Source of the DNA: Longimicrobiales bacterium
Lineage (GTDB): Bacteria; Gemmatimonadota; Gemmatimonadetes; Longimicrobiales; Gaopeijiaceae
Assembly (NCBI GenBank): GCA_963422615.1
Contig: OY730414.1
Span: 1,782,302 to 1,846,301, forward strand
Reading direction: 5' to 3'
DNA: 64,000 bases
The notes under the pieces are model-generated. The model saw nothing but the letters and a program-made list of their open reading frames with translations. It did no database searches and was not told the DNA's origin. Below, one piece after another: positions 10,360 through 18,784 of this stretch. Position numbers and translations under genes: made by a program. The number at the start of each line of letters is the position of its first letter. Positions within the stretch are counted from its first letter, which is position 1.

Positions 10360-11229
10360 ATGCGCAAATCAATCTTTTCCTTGCTCCTGGCGTTCCTTCC
10401 GACTGCCCTGCCGACCGCCGGGCAGATTCCCACCTTGGAATTGGAGAGCCGCGTGGAAGCGGCTCGAAACGCGACCGATCTGAACGTCCTTCTCCGGGGT
10501 GCATCGGCAGCCCGGCTGCTGAGTGAGTTCACCCTAGCGGAGAGTCTCCTGGAGAGGGCCACGCAGAGTTTACGGCAGGCAGATGACGCTTGGGTGAACG
10601 AAATGATCTTCTTCGCCTTGGCGTCGGGGCAGGGGGTCAATGGCATGCAAAGGGCTTTCCGGTCGGCCCGCAGCCGGGTTCGCATGACGCCTCAGCAGAT
10701 TGCATCGGTGACCAACACCTTTCCGGTGCTTCTCATCGGAGGGGAGTTCGACGAGATGATCCTGCAGTTCTCCCCGGATCATCCCGATCCCCAGTATCGG
10801 TGTGCCTGCTTGGCGGAAAAGGCCTGGGTACACAGGGTCGCGGGCCGGTTGCACCAATCACGGATTCTATGGGGGGAATTGGTTTCCGCCTGGGATCGCA
10901 ATCCCCTGGAGTTCGACAGTCCCGACGCCCAGGCCAACTGGCAGGGTCAGTATGCTCGTAACTTGGCCCGGGCAGGAAGAAACGACGACGCCCGGAAGGC
11001 CCTGGATGAGGCGATGTCCATGCCCGTCAGTGACGAATGGCGCCCGACCGTCCAGCGTCGCTGGGCCCAGACCTACGCGGAACTGGGCGAAGTGGAGGAA
11101 GCGGTCGCCCTCCTTGAGCCCCTTGTTGGTTCCACTCTGGTAACGACCCACAGCCTGGCAACCCGTTACACTTGGGAGCCGGTCCGGGACAACCTCACGT
11201 TTCAGGAGATGATCGCCCGGCACCACTGA
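10360..11229 (+). CDS. Secreted helical/TPR-like hypothetical protein
   Basis: Signal-peptide-like MRKSIFSLLLAFLPTALPTAGQ; TPR-like C-terminal half ending WEPVRDNLTFQEMI. Confidence 0.65.
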   Translation: MRKSIFSLLLAFLPTALPTAGQIPTLELESRVEAARNATDLNVLLRGASAARLLSEFTLAESLLERATQSLRQADDAWVNEMIFFALASGQGVNGMQRAFRSARSRVRMTPQQIASVTNTFPVLLIGGEFDEMILQFSPDHPDPQYRCACLAEKAWVHRVAGRLHQSRILWGELVSAWDRNPLEFDSPDAQANWQGQYARNLARAGRNDDARKALDEAMSMPVSDEWRPTVQRRWAQTYAELGEVEEAVALLEPLVGSTLVTTHSLATRYTWEPVRDNLTFQEMIARHH

Positions 11230-11288
11230 AGCCGGGAGGGAGCGGTCTGTTCCTCCGCGCTCTCCCCATTTCCCGAAAGATCTCATCC

Positions 11289-12563
11289 ATGGTTCGAATC
11301 GGGGAAATCGGCTCCGGATCCATCGCGGAAGCCCTTGAGCTTCGCATCGGAACCCGGATCCTGACCGTCAACGGAGAGCGGGTTCGCGATTCCCTGGACT
11401 TCTGGTTCCTGGCCGCGGAAGACGAGCTGGAGCTGGGGGCCGTTGACCCGGATGGCAACCCCGTTGTCTACACCCTCTCCCGGGATCCTTCAGAGAGCCT
11501 GGGAATCGTCCCGGCTCGGGACAAAATTCGGGAGTGCGCGAACGAGTGTGTCTTCTGCTTCATCGACGGAAACCCTCCGGAAGCCCGGGCACCCCTTTGG
11601 GTTCGGGACGATGACTTTCGCCTCTCCTTCACCTATGGCAGCTACGTCACGCTGACCAACCTGGGGCCCCAGGGACTCTGTCGCCTTGTGGATCAGCGGA
11701 TATCCCCGCTGTACGTGAGCGTCCACGCCACGAACCCCGACGTGCGGATCCGCCTCCTGAAGAACGATCGGGCCGGTCTGATCCTGGAGCAACTGGACAC
11801 CCTGCTTCAGGGCGGGTTGCAGCTTCACACCCAAATCGTCCTTTGTCCGGGATGGAACGACAAAGAGGAACTGGACCGCACGATTCGGGAGCTCTACGAC
11901 CTGGGTTCCGGTGTGCTTTCCTTGTCCGTTGTTCCCGTCGGCCTCACCCGCTACAATGTGAACCGTCCCGTGCGATTGCTTCGGGTGCAGGAAGCAGAGG
12001 GGGCTTTGCGCCAGACCGAAGCCGTCCGAACCAGGGCGCTTCGTGAGCGCGGGCATTCCTGGTGTTACGCCGCCGATGAGCTCTTCCTGATTGCCGAGCG
12101 GAACGTGCCTCCCGCGAGCTACTACGACGAGTGGCCCCTTCTGGAAAACGGGGTAGGGGCCTTGCGAACCCTCATTGACGGGTTTGAGACCGGGAAGGCC
12201 CGTTTGGCGCCTGTCCCCGGGGTGGACCGGGTGCGCATCGTGACGGGCGATTCCATGGGTTCCGTCTTCGCGAACTTCATCCCGTTCATTTCCCGGAAGA
12301 TGGAATGTCCGGTGGAGGTGGTCCACGTGGAGAACCGCTACTTCGGACCGACCGTAACCGTAGCCGGCCTTCTTGCCGGGGAGGACATTCTGAAACGAGC
12401 GGGGGATTCGGCGAAGGGCGACTTGGTGCTGTTGCCGGGGGAGGCACTCAACGACGATCTCGTCTTCATTGACGGTCTTCCCCTCTCCCAGGTGGTGAAA
12501 CGGCTGGCTCCCGCTGCGGTGAGGTCAGGTTACGAACTCACCGAAACCCTGCTCCGGTCATGA
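11289..12563 (+). CDS. PDZ + radical-SAM-like DUF512 protein
   Basis: N-terminal PDZ-like GSIAEALEL..INGE-type motif, CANECVFCFID, DDDFRLSF..GSYVTLTN, SVVPVGLTR, ENGVG and VTVAGLLAGED. Confidence 0.9.
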   Translation: MVRIGEIGSGSIAEALELRIGTRILTVNGERVRDSLDFWFLAAEDELELGAVDPDGNPVVYTLSRDPSESLGIVPARDKIRECANECVFCFIDGNPPEARAPLWVRDDDFRLSFTYGSYVTLTNLGPQGLCRLVDQRISPLYVSVHATNPDVRIRLLKNDRAGLILEQLDTLLQGGLQLHTQIVLCPGWNDKEELDRTIRELYDLGSGVLSLSVVPVGLTRYNVNRPVRLLRVQEAEGALRQTEAVRTRALRERGHSWCYAADELFLIAERNVPPASYYDEWPLLENGVGALRTLIDGFETGKARLAPVPGVDRVRIVTGDSMGSVFANFIPFISRKMECPVEVVHVENRYFGPTVTVAGLLAGEDILKRAGDSAKGDLVLLPGEALNDDLVFIDGLPLSQVVKRLAPAAVRSGYELTETLLRS

Positions 12564-13873
12564 GTCTTCCGGTGGTCGCCGTCGTGGGGCGGCCCAACGT
12601 GGGCAAGTCCACCTTCTTCAACCGGGCGGTCGGAAAGCGAACGGCCATCGTGGACGACACGCCCGGGGTAACCCGCGACCGGAACTTCGGACGCGCGGAG
12701 TGGAACGGCCATCCGTTCTTTCTGGTGGACACCGGGGGTGTGGTCGAAGGTTCGAACCGGATCATGGACCGCCGGGTCCGGGAGCAAGCCCTGGCCGCCG
12801 TCCAGGAAGCGGATGTCGTCTTGTTCCTCGTGGATTCCAAGACCGGCGTCCACCCCCTGGATCAGAAACTCTCGGAGGTGTTGCGCAAGACCGCCAAACC
12901 CGTGCTGCTGACCGTCAACAAGGTGGACAACCTTCCGCTGGAACGATCTCATTTGGACTTCTGGGCGTTGGGCATGGGGGAGCCCCTTCCCGTGAGCGCA
13001 ACCGCCGGAAGGGGATTCGGGGACCTGTTTGACCTTCTGATCCCCTTGCTTCCCCAGGACACCTGGGAACCCGAACCCAACGATATCCGGGTCGCGGTCA
13101 TCGGAAAGCCGAACGCCGGAAAGTCGTCCTTCGTGAACCGACTCTTCGGGGAGGAGCGGGTCTTGGTGAGCGAATCCGCGGGCACGACCCGGGATCCCAT
13201 TGACCTTGCCCTCACCTACCACGGTCAGAGTCTCGCCTTCGTGGACACGGCCGGACTGAAGCGCCATGCCCGCATCAAGGATTCCCTGGAGTACTACGCC
13301 AGCCTCCGTACCGTCCGGGTCGTACAGGATGCCGATGTCTGTCTGGTCCTGGTTGACAGCGCAGAAGGGCTGCACGTCCAGGACATCAAAGTCGCGGAGA
13401 CCGCCTGGTCGGCCGGTTGCGGACTCATCATGGTGTGCAACAAGTGGGACCTGGTGGACAAGGACACCCGTTCGGCCGCGAATTTCGAGCGGGAGGCCGG
13501 GCGTCGGGCGCCCTTTCTGAAGGATGTTCCCTTCTTGTTCGTTTCCGCCTTGACGGGTTTTCGGATCCGGAAGGCGCTTGACTTGGTGCTCCAGGTGGCC
13601 GAGACGCGGCGCAAGCGCATCTCCACCGGGGAGGTGAACGAGGCCGTCCAGACCTTGGTCCGGCTCAAGCCCCCTCCCCAGTCCAGAGGACGTCCGGTCA
13701 AGCTCAAGTACGCTACCCAGGCTCGCGTCGCCCCTCCTACGTTCATTCTGTTCTCGAACCGCCCCAACGACATTCCCGTCCACTATCGGCGTTACATTGC
13801 GAATTCGTTGCGAACTCGTTGGAACTTCGCGGGCACGCCGGTCCGGGTCAGGTTTCGCAGGAGTGGGGAGTAA
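12560..13873 (+). CDS. der: Ribosome biogenesis GTPase Der (EngA)
   Basis: Two G domains (GRPNVGKS/DTGG/NKVD and GKPNAGKS/DTAG/NKWD) plus KH-like C-terminus. Confidence 0.98.
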   Translation: MSLPVVAVVGRPNVGKSTFFNRAVGKRTAIVDDTPGVTRDRNFGRAEWNGHPFFLVDTGGVVEGSNRIMDRRVREQALAAVQEADVVLFLVDSKTGVHPLDQKLSEVLRKTAKPVLLTVNKVDNLPLERSHLDFWALGMGEPLPVSATAGRGFGDLFDLLIPLLPQDTWEPEPNDIRVAVIGKPNAGKSSFVNRLFGEERVLVSESAGTTRDPIDLALTYHGQSLAFVDTAGLKRHARIKDSLEYYASLRTVRVVQDADVCLVLVDSAEGLHVQDIKVAETAWSAGCGLIMVCNKWDLVDKDTRSAANFEREAGRRAPFLKDVPFLFVSALTGFRIRKALDLVLQVAETRRKRISTGEVNEAVQTLVRLKPPPQSRGRPVKLKYATQARVAPPTFILFSNRPNDIPVHYRRYIANSLRTRWNFAGTPVRVRFRRSGE

Positions 13874-13903
13874 TTCGTCGGCGGGAGGCGTCAAGACACA
13901 ACC

Positions 13904-14617
13904 GTGACGAGCGTACCGTTTCTGCTGGCGCCGGTTGCGTATGCCGTCGGGGCGATCCCCGCATCGTACTGGATCGGTCGCGTATTCTACAAGAAGGACC
14001 TCTCGAAGCTGGGTAGCGGAAACCTTGGCGCGACGAACGCCTTCCGGGTGCTGGGCTGGCGGGCCGCTCTGCCTGTGGTCGTCGTCGATGTGTTCAAGGG
14101 CTTTGGGCCCGCGTGGTGGTTTCCCCAACTGGACGGGCGGGATGCAGTCTCCTGGGCTGTCCTCTACGGCGGGATCGCAATTGTTGGCCACGTCTTGTCC
14201 TTTTGGGTCGGTTTTCGGGGGGGAAAAGGCGTTGCGACCAGTGCCGGCGTGCTGGCCGCTCTGGCCCCCGCCGCCCTGGCTGCGGGGTTCGGCGTATGGG
14301 TGTTGACCGCCCTGGGCACCCGTATCGTCTCGTTGGCCTCCATCGCTGCGGTGCTGGCGGTTCCCATCGCCGCTTGGCTGCTTCCGGGAACGGAGCCGGT
14401 CCTGCAAGGGTTTCTCTTGTCCTTGGCCTTGTTCGTTGTGTGGGCCCACCGCTCGAACATCCGGCGCCTGCTGGAAGGAAGGGAACCCCGGATGGGAGGT
14501 TGGGGGCGCCGGGCGGGGAAGCGCCGGGTGGGTCAGGAAACTCGAGAAGTCGACCTCGGAGATCGGAGGGCGTTCCGAGCTTCCGATCGGGAAGCGGAAC
14601 GGGGACGGCGTGAATGA
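13904..14617 (+). CDS. plsY: Glycerol-3-phosphate acyltransferase PlsY
   Basis: GSGNLGATNAFRVLG, DVFKG, GH...FRGGKGVATSAG and HRSNIRRLLEGRE motifs. Confidence 0.96.
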   Translation: MTSVPFLLAPVAYAVGAIPASYWIGRVFYKKDLSKLGSGNLGATNAFRVLGWRAALPVVVVDVFKGFGPAWWFPQLDGRDAVSWAVLYGGIAIVGHVLSFWVGFRGGKGVATSAGVLAALAPAALAAGFGVWVLTALGTRIVSLASIAAVLAVPIAAWLLPGTEPVLQGFLLSLALFVVWAHRSNIRRLLEGREPRMGGWGRRAGKRRVGQETREVDLGDRRAFRASDREAERGRRE

Positions 14618-15638
14618 CAGACGCGTGGCCGTGATCGGCGCGGGCTCGTGGGGCACGACCCTGGCCAACCTCCTCGCCGCGTCTGGTGCCCACGTGCGTC
14701 TATGGGCCCGGGAAACGGAGGTAGCAGATTCCTTCCACGCCATCGGGGAGAACTCCCTCTACTTGGACGGGGTTCCACTGAGTCGTTGCCGCCTCTCCGT
14801 GACCAATTCCCTGTATGAGGCCCTTCGAGGATCGGAAGCCGTGGTCTGGGCCTGTCCGGTCCAGTTCTCGGCTGCGGTGCTCGCAGAAGCAGCCCCTTTC
14901 CTGCCGGCAGACGCCATGGTGGTGACGTGTTCCAAGGGAATTGAGGTGAAGACGCTGCGGCGGATGGACGAACTCTTTTCGGAAGTTCTCCCCCGGGCGC
15001 AGGCGCGGCGGCTCTGCGTCCTTTCGGGTCCCAGCTTCGCCCGGGAGGTCTCCTCCGGTGCCCCGACCGCCGTCGTCGTGGCCAGCCGCGACCGGGCCTC
15101 CCGCCTTCGGGCCCAAGCCCTCTTCCAGGGAGAGCGCTTCCGCGTCTACACGAATTCCGATGTCGTGGGTGTGGAGCTGGGCGGGGCTCTGAAGAACGTC
15201 ATTGCTCTCGCCGCCGGGGTGGCTGCAGGACTTGGACTGGGGCACAATGCGGTCGCTGCGCTGATGACTCGGGGGCTGGCCGAAATGAGCCGCCTCGGCG
15301 TGGCCATGGGGGCCCGGCCCGCGACCTTTGCGGGGCTGGCGGGGATGGGGGACTTGGTCCTTACTTGTACCGGAGGTCTGAGCAGGAACCGAGCCGTCGG
15401 ACTTCGCTTGGGGCAGGGCGATTCAATCGGCATGATTCTGGAGGACACGCACTCGGTGGCAGAGGGCGTCGCCACGGTGCGCGCGGTCCACCGTCTCGCC
15501 CGGGAGCTTTCGGTAGAGATGCCGGTGTCAGCCGAGGTCTTCCGGATCGTGGCCCGAAACGCCGACCCCATGGATGCCCTGAACCGTTTGATGACCCGGC
15601 AACCCCGATCCGAGGGTCCAGACCCGGAATCCCCCTAG
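14610..15638 (+). CDS. gpsA: NAD(P)H-dependent glycerol-3-phosphate dehydrogenase
   Basis: GAGSWGT, SKGIE, LSGPSFA, GGALKNVIA, GLAGMGDLVLTC..SRNR and VAEGV motifs; GTG start overlapping plsY. Confidence 0.96.
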   Translation: MNDRRVAVIGAGSWGTTLANLLAASGAHVRLWARETEVADSFHAIGENSLYLDGVPLSRCRLSVTNSLYEALRGSEAVVWACPVQFSAAVLAEAAPFLPADAMVVTCSKGIEVKTLRRMDELFSEVLPRAQARRLCVLSGPSFAREVSSGAPTAVVVASRDRASRLRAQALFQGERFRVYTNSDVVGVELGGALKNVIALAAGVAAGLGLGHNAVAALMTRGLAEMSRLGVAMGARPATFAGLAGMGDLVLTCTGGLSRNRAVGLRLGQGDSIGMILEDTHSVAEGVATVRAVHRLARELSVEMPVSAEVFRIVARNADPMDALNRLMTRQPRSEGPDPESP

Positions 15639-15661
15639 ACCGACTATGGAAACTTGATCCC

Positions 15662-16018
15662 ATGGAGCCGATCGCCAAGAAGACCTACTACTCGATCGGG
15701 GAAGTGAGCGAACTGACGGGCCTCAAAGCCCAGGTTCTCCGATATTGGGAGACCCAGTTTGACACGATTTCGCCGCCCAAGAACCGGGGAGGACGCCGCG
15801 TTTACCGTACGGGCGAAATCGAGATGATCCTCTTGGTGAAGCACCTTCTGTACGAGAAGCGCTTCACGATCGAGGGAGCGAAGCAGAGGCTCAAGGAAAT
15901 GCAGCAGGACGGAAAATTTGCCGATGCGCAGAAACTGAACGCCGAGCCCGCAGTCTTGGCCTCCATCAAGGAAGGGCTCATGGCGGTCCGCGAAGTGTTG
16001 ACCCTTCCCGAAAGCTGA
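15662..16018 (+). CDS. MerR-family HTH transcriptional regulator
   Basis: YYSIGEVSELTGL..VLRYWETQF...KNRGGRRVY..LLYEKRFTIEGAK. Confidence 0.9.
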   Translation: MEPIAKKTYYSIGEVSELTGLKAQVLRYWETQFDTISPPKNRGGRRVYRTGEIEMILLVKHLLYEKRFTIEGAKQRLKEMQQDGKFADAQKLNAEPAVLASIKEGLMAVREVLTLPES

Positions 16019-16032
16019 ACCCAGGCGCTTCC

Positions 16033-16794
16033 GTGCGCATTCTCTGCACCAACGACGACGGCTATTTGTCCCCGGGAATTCGGGTTCTGGCCGAGGCGTC
16101 CCATGCCATCGGATCCGTGGATGTCGTGGCCCCAGACCGGGAGCAGAGCGCGTCCAGCAACGCGCTGACCCTCCATCGACCCCTTCGCAAGCGGAAGACA
16201 CCCGACGGGGCCACCATCGTAGACGGCACCCCCACAGACTGCGTGATTCTCGCCGTCAGCGACTTTCTTGATCACCGTCCGGATCTATGCGTTTCCGGGA
16301 TCAACTCCGGCCCCAACATGGGAGAGGATGTACTCTATTCGGGTACCGTGGCCGCGGCGATGGAGGCTACGATCATGGGGATTCCCGCCGTCGCCTTCTC
16401 CTATGTGGGACGGGTGGAGGAACTGGAGGGGTGGCAGGCGGTGGTCGCCCGCCTCCTGGCCCAGATCGTGGCAAAAGGGATTCCCGTTCACGAATTGCTG
16501 AACATCAACCTTCCCGCCCTGCCGCCCGAAAGAGTCAAGGGGGTGCGCGTGACGACTCTGGGGAGGCGCCGATACACGGAGGCGATCACCCGGGCGCCCG
16601 ACCCCTCCGGGCGGGAGTACTACTGGATCGGCGGGGGGACCACGAGCTGGGACGGTGAACCCGACGCCGACTTCCGTGCGGTGAGGGAAGGGTACATCTC
16701 CGTAACCCCCCTTCACTTGGACCTTACCAGCTATCCCCGGCTGGGCGAAATTCGGGGGTGGGACCTCCACATCCATGAAGCACTGGATCGGTAA
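16033..16794 (+). CDS. surE: 5'/3'-nucleotidase SurE
   Basis: ILCTNDDG, VAPDREQSAS, DGTPTDCV, SGINSGPNMG..YSGTVAAAME and ISVTPL motifs. Confidence 0.97.
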   Translation: MRILCTNDDGYLSPGIRVLAEASHAIGSVDVVAPDREQSASSNALTLHRPLRKRKTPDGATIVDGTPTDCVILAVSDFLDHRPDLCVSGINSGPNMGEDVLYSGTVAAAMEATIMGIPAVAFSYVGRVEELEGWQAVVARLLAQIVAKGIPVHELLNINLPALPPERVKGVRVTTLGRRRYTEAITRAPDPSGREYYWIGGGTTSWDGEPDADFRAVREGYISVTPLHLDLTSYPRLGEIRGWDLHIHEALDR

Positions 16795-18025
16795 CACCCT
16801 CCGGGGCATGTGTATGGGGTTGGCCGACGCAATCCCCGGCGTCTCCGGCGCCACGGTGGCTCTCGTCTTCGGCATCTATCCCCGCCTCATCAACGCCGTT
16901 GCGGGCATGCGAATCGGCCTCCTCAAGCGGTTACGGACGCGGGCGTTTCGGCGCCGCCTGGCGCAAGCGCTGATAGACCCGGAACGACTCGGGAAGGATC
17001 AGGACGGGGCCGACGCAAGCCGCCTGTTGTTGCTTGCGTCCCTGGGGCTTGGGATCCTTCCGGCGCTTGCGACCGGGGCTTCCTTCCTTCCGGGGCTCCT
17101 GGACCTGTACCCGGCCCAAATGCGGGGGCTCTTTCTTGGCCTCGTTTTGGCCTCGGTGACGATTCCGGTCCGGACAATCAAGCACAAGAAACCCCTGTGG
17201 GGGTTCGTGGCGGTGGGCACCGCCTTGGTCACGGCGTGGTTCGTGGGGCTGCCGGAGCGCACCGCCGGACACGCTCGGGGAAGGGTCACCCTGGAGTTTG
17301 CCGCTCCGCTTGAGAGCGATATCGTGCTCACGCCTCGGAACCTGAGCCTAGTGGCGCCGGACCCGGATGGTCACACGGGAGTCGTCTACGGGGTTGCAAC
17401 GTCCGTGGTCGTCCCCGCGGGATCCGTCTTCGTACAAGCGGAAATCATGTCCCGGCGGGCGGGCGTGGACGGAAACCTGGCCGCGGGCGCCATTCGAGAG
17501 GCAAGGGGCTCGGTGCCGGTGTCGTCCGTGTCCCAGCCAGAGCCACTTCGCGGCGGGAGGGATCCCAGCTTGGCCTTCGTGTTTGTCGCGGGCGTCCTGG
17601 CGATTTCGGCCATGAGCCTACCGGGTCTTTCTGGGGCCTTCGTGCTTCTGCTCCTGGGATTGTACCACTTCGTGACCCACTCCCTCAGGCTCGCCATCTT
17701 CAGCGGAGATCCGGGGGCTGCTTGGGTCGTCGCGACCATGGGCGTGGCCATGACCTTGGGGTTGCTCACCTTCGCCCGGGTTGTGAAGCGGATGTTCTGC
17801 CGTTGGCGTGACGCTACCCTGGCTGCCCTGGTGGGGCTGATCCTCGGTTCTCTCAGGAAACTCTGGCCCTTTGTGGAATACGATCAGGAAGGGCGGGAGG
17901 TGATGACCCTTCCCGGAGCGGCGGACCCAGATACGGGGATGGTGCTGGTCCTGTTCCTGGCGGGCGTTGGAACGGTAGCGGCACTGGGGGCAACGGCGGG
18001 GCGGGGGAAGCAAAAAACCCTTTAG
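16775..18025 (+). CDS. DUF368 family membrane protein (putative undecaprenyl-phosphate translocase) with an inserted soluble domain
   Basis: GMCMGLADAIPGVSGATVALVFGIY and AISAMSLPGLSGAFVLLLLGLY repeats, GLILGSLRKLWPF; ~100-aa extra segment between the two halves. Confidence 0.9.
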   Translation: MKHWIGNTLRGMCMGLADAIPGVSGATVALVFGIYPRLINAVAGMRIGLLKRLRTRAFRRRLAQALIDPERLGKDQDGADASRLLLLASLGLGILPALATGASFLPGLLDLYPAQMRGLFLGLVLASVTIPVRTIKHKKPLWGFVAVGTALVTAWFVGLPERTAGHARGRVTLEFAAPLESDIVLTPRNLSLVAPDPDGHTGVVYGVATSVVVPAGSVFVQAEIMSRRAGVDGNLAAGAIREARGSVPVSSVSQPEPLRGGRDPSLAFVFVAGVLAISAMSLPGLSGAFVLLLLGLYHFVTHSLRLAIFSGDPGAAWVVATMGVAMTLGLLTFARVVKRMFCRWRDATLAALVGLILGSLRKLWPFVEYDQEGREVMTLPGAADPDTGMVLVLFLAGVGTVAALGATAGRGKQKTL

Positions 18026-18098
18026 GGGCCGGGCATGACCCTCAGGGCATCCGGACCACCCGCCGATTCGCCGATTGATCTCCGCGTTCGGACGCCGC

Positions 18099-18731
18099 TC
18101 AGTCGGCGGGCTCCCGCTCGATCCACGAGGAGATGATCCCGGCAAGGGAACCGATCAAACCCAGGGAGAGCACAACCAGCCACAACGAGACCAGCTTGCC
18201 CGCGGTGGTCACCGGGTGGTGATCTCCAAAGCCGGCCGATTCCGCTCCGAACAGGGTGGAAACCGACCAGGACAGGGCGTCTTCGGCGGTATGGATGTTC
18301 GCGCTGGCGACCCCGCTCTCAACGCCCAACACGACAAAGCTGCTCGTCAGCATGGAGATGACGATTAGCGAGAAAACCGTGGCCACCAGGGATCGGGTAC
18401 GGTCCACATTGAAGTACGTGGCGATTCCGTGAACACCCCGAGTCGTTGAGCGGATGATCCGGATCATCATGAACAGCCGAAGCGCTCGGAGGGGTCTTAA
18501 GAAACCCACACTGGGAATGGATGCAACCAAGTCTGCCCACCCCCACCGCAACCAGCCGGTTTTCGAGGGCGCGCGGTAAAGATCCCAAGCTGCCTTGCCC
18601 CAGAACATGGCGCAAACCGCCAAGTCCACCCATTCCGCAAGTTCGTGAAATTCCTCACCGGGGGACGACATCTCCCGGAGCCCGAAGACGACCAAAGAAC
18701 CCATGGCCAGCAAGGCGAACAGACTCTCCAT
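18099..18731 (-). CDS. Voltage-sensor-containing 6TM ion channel (KvAP-like) with atypical filter
   Basis: S3 DLVASIP, S4 LRPLRALRLFMMIRIIR, pore helix DALSWSVSTL and GFGDHHPVTTAGK; alternative start at 18809. Confidence 0.8.
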   Translation of the reverse strand: MESLFALLAMGSLVVFGLREMSSPGEEFHELAEWVDLAVCAMFWGKAAWDLYRAPSKTGWLRWGWADLVASIPSVGFLRPLRALRLFMMIRIIRSTTRGVHGIATYFNVDRTRSLVATVFSLIVISMLTSSFVVLGVESGVASANIHTAEDALSWSVSTLFGAESAGFGDHHPVTTAGKLVSLWLVVLSLGLIGSLAGIISSWIEREPAD

Positions 18732-18784
18732 GATGATCTGGGGACCGGAAAGTGTGCCAGGCTGGGTGGATCCGCTCCCCGGCG

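Noticed and set aside
10200..11288. Genomic island at tRNA-Gly
   Set aside because: There is a single gene, with no att duplication or mobility gene visible
12530..14743. 737-aa ORF on the - strand, and similar long antisense ORFs (8148-9794, 35633-37375, 39221-40732, 48047-49852, 30064-31509)
   Set aside because: They are shadows of well-supported genes on the opposite strand, expected in high-GC DNA, and have no recognisable motifs
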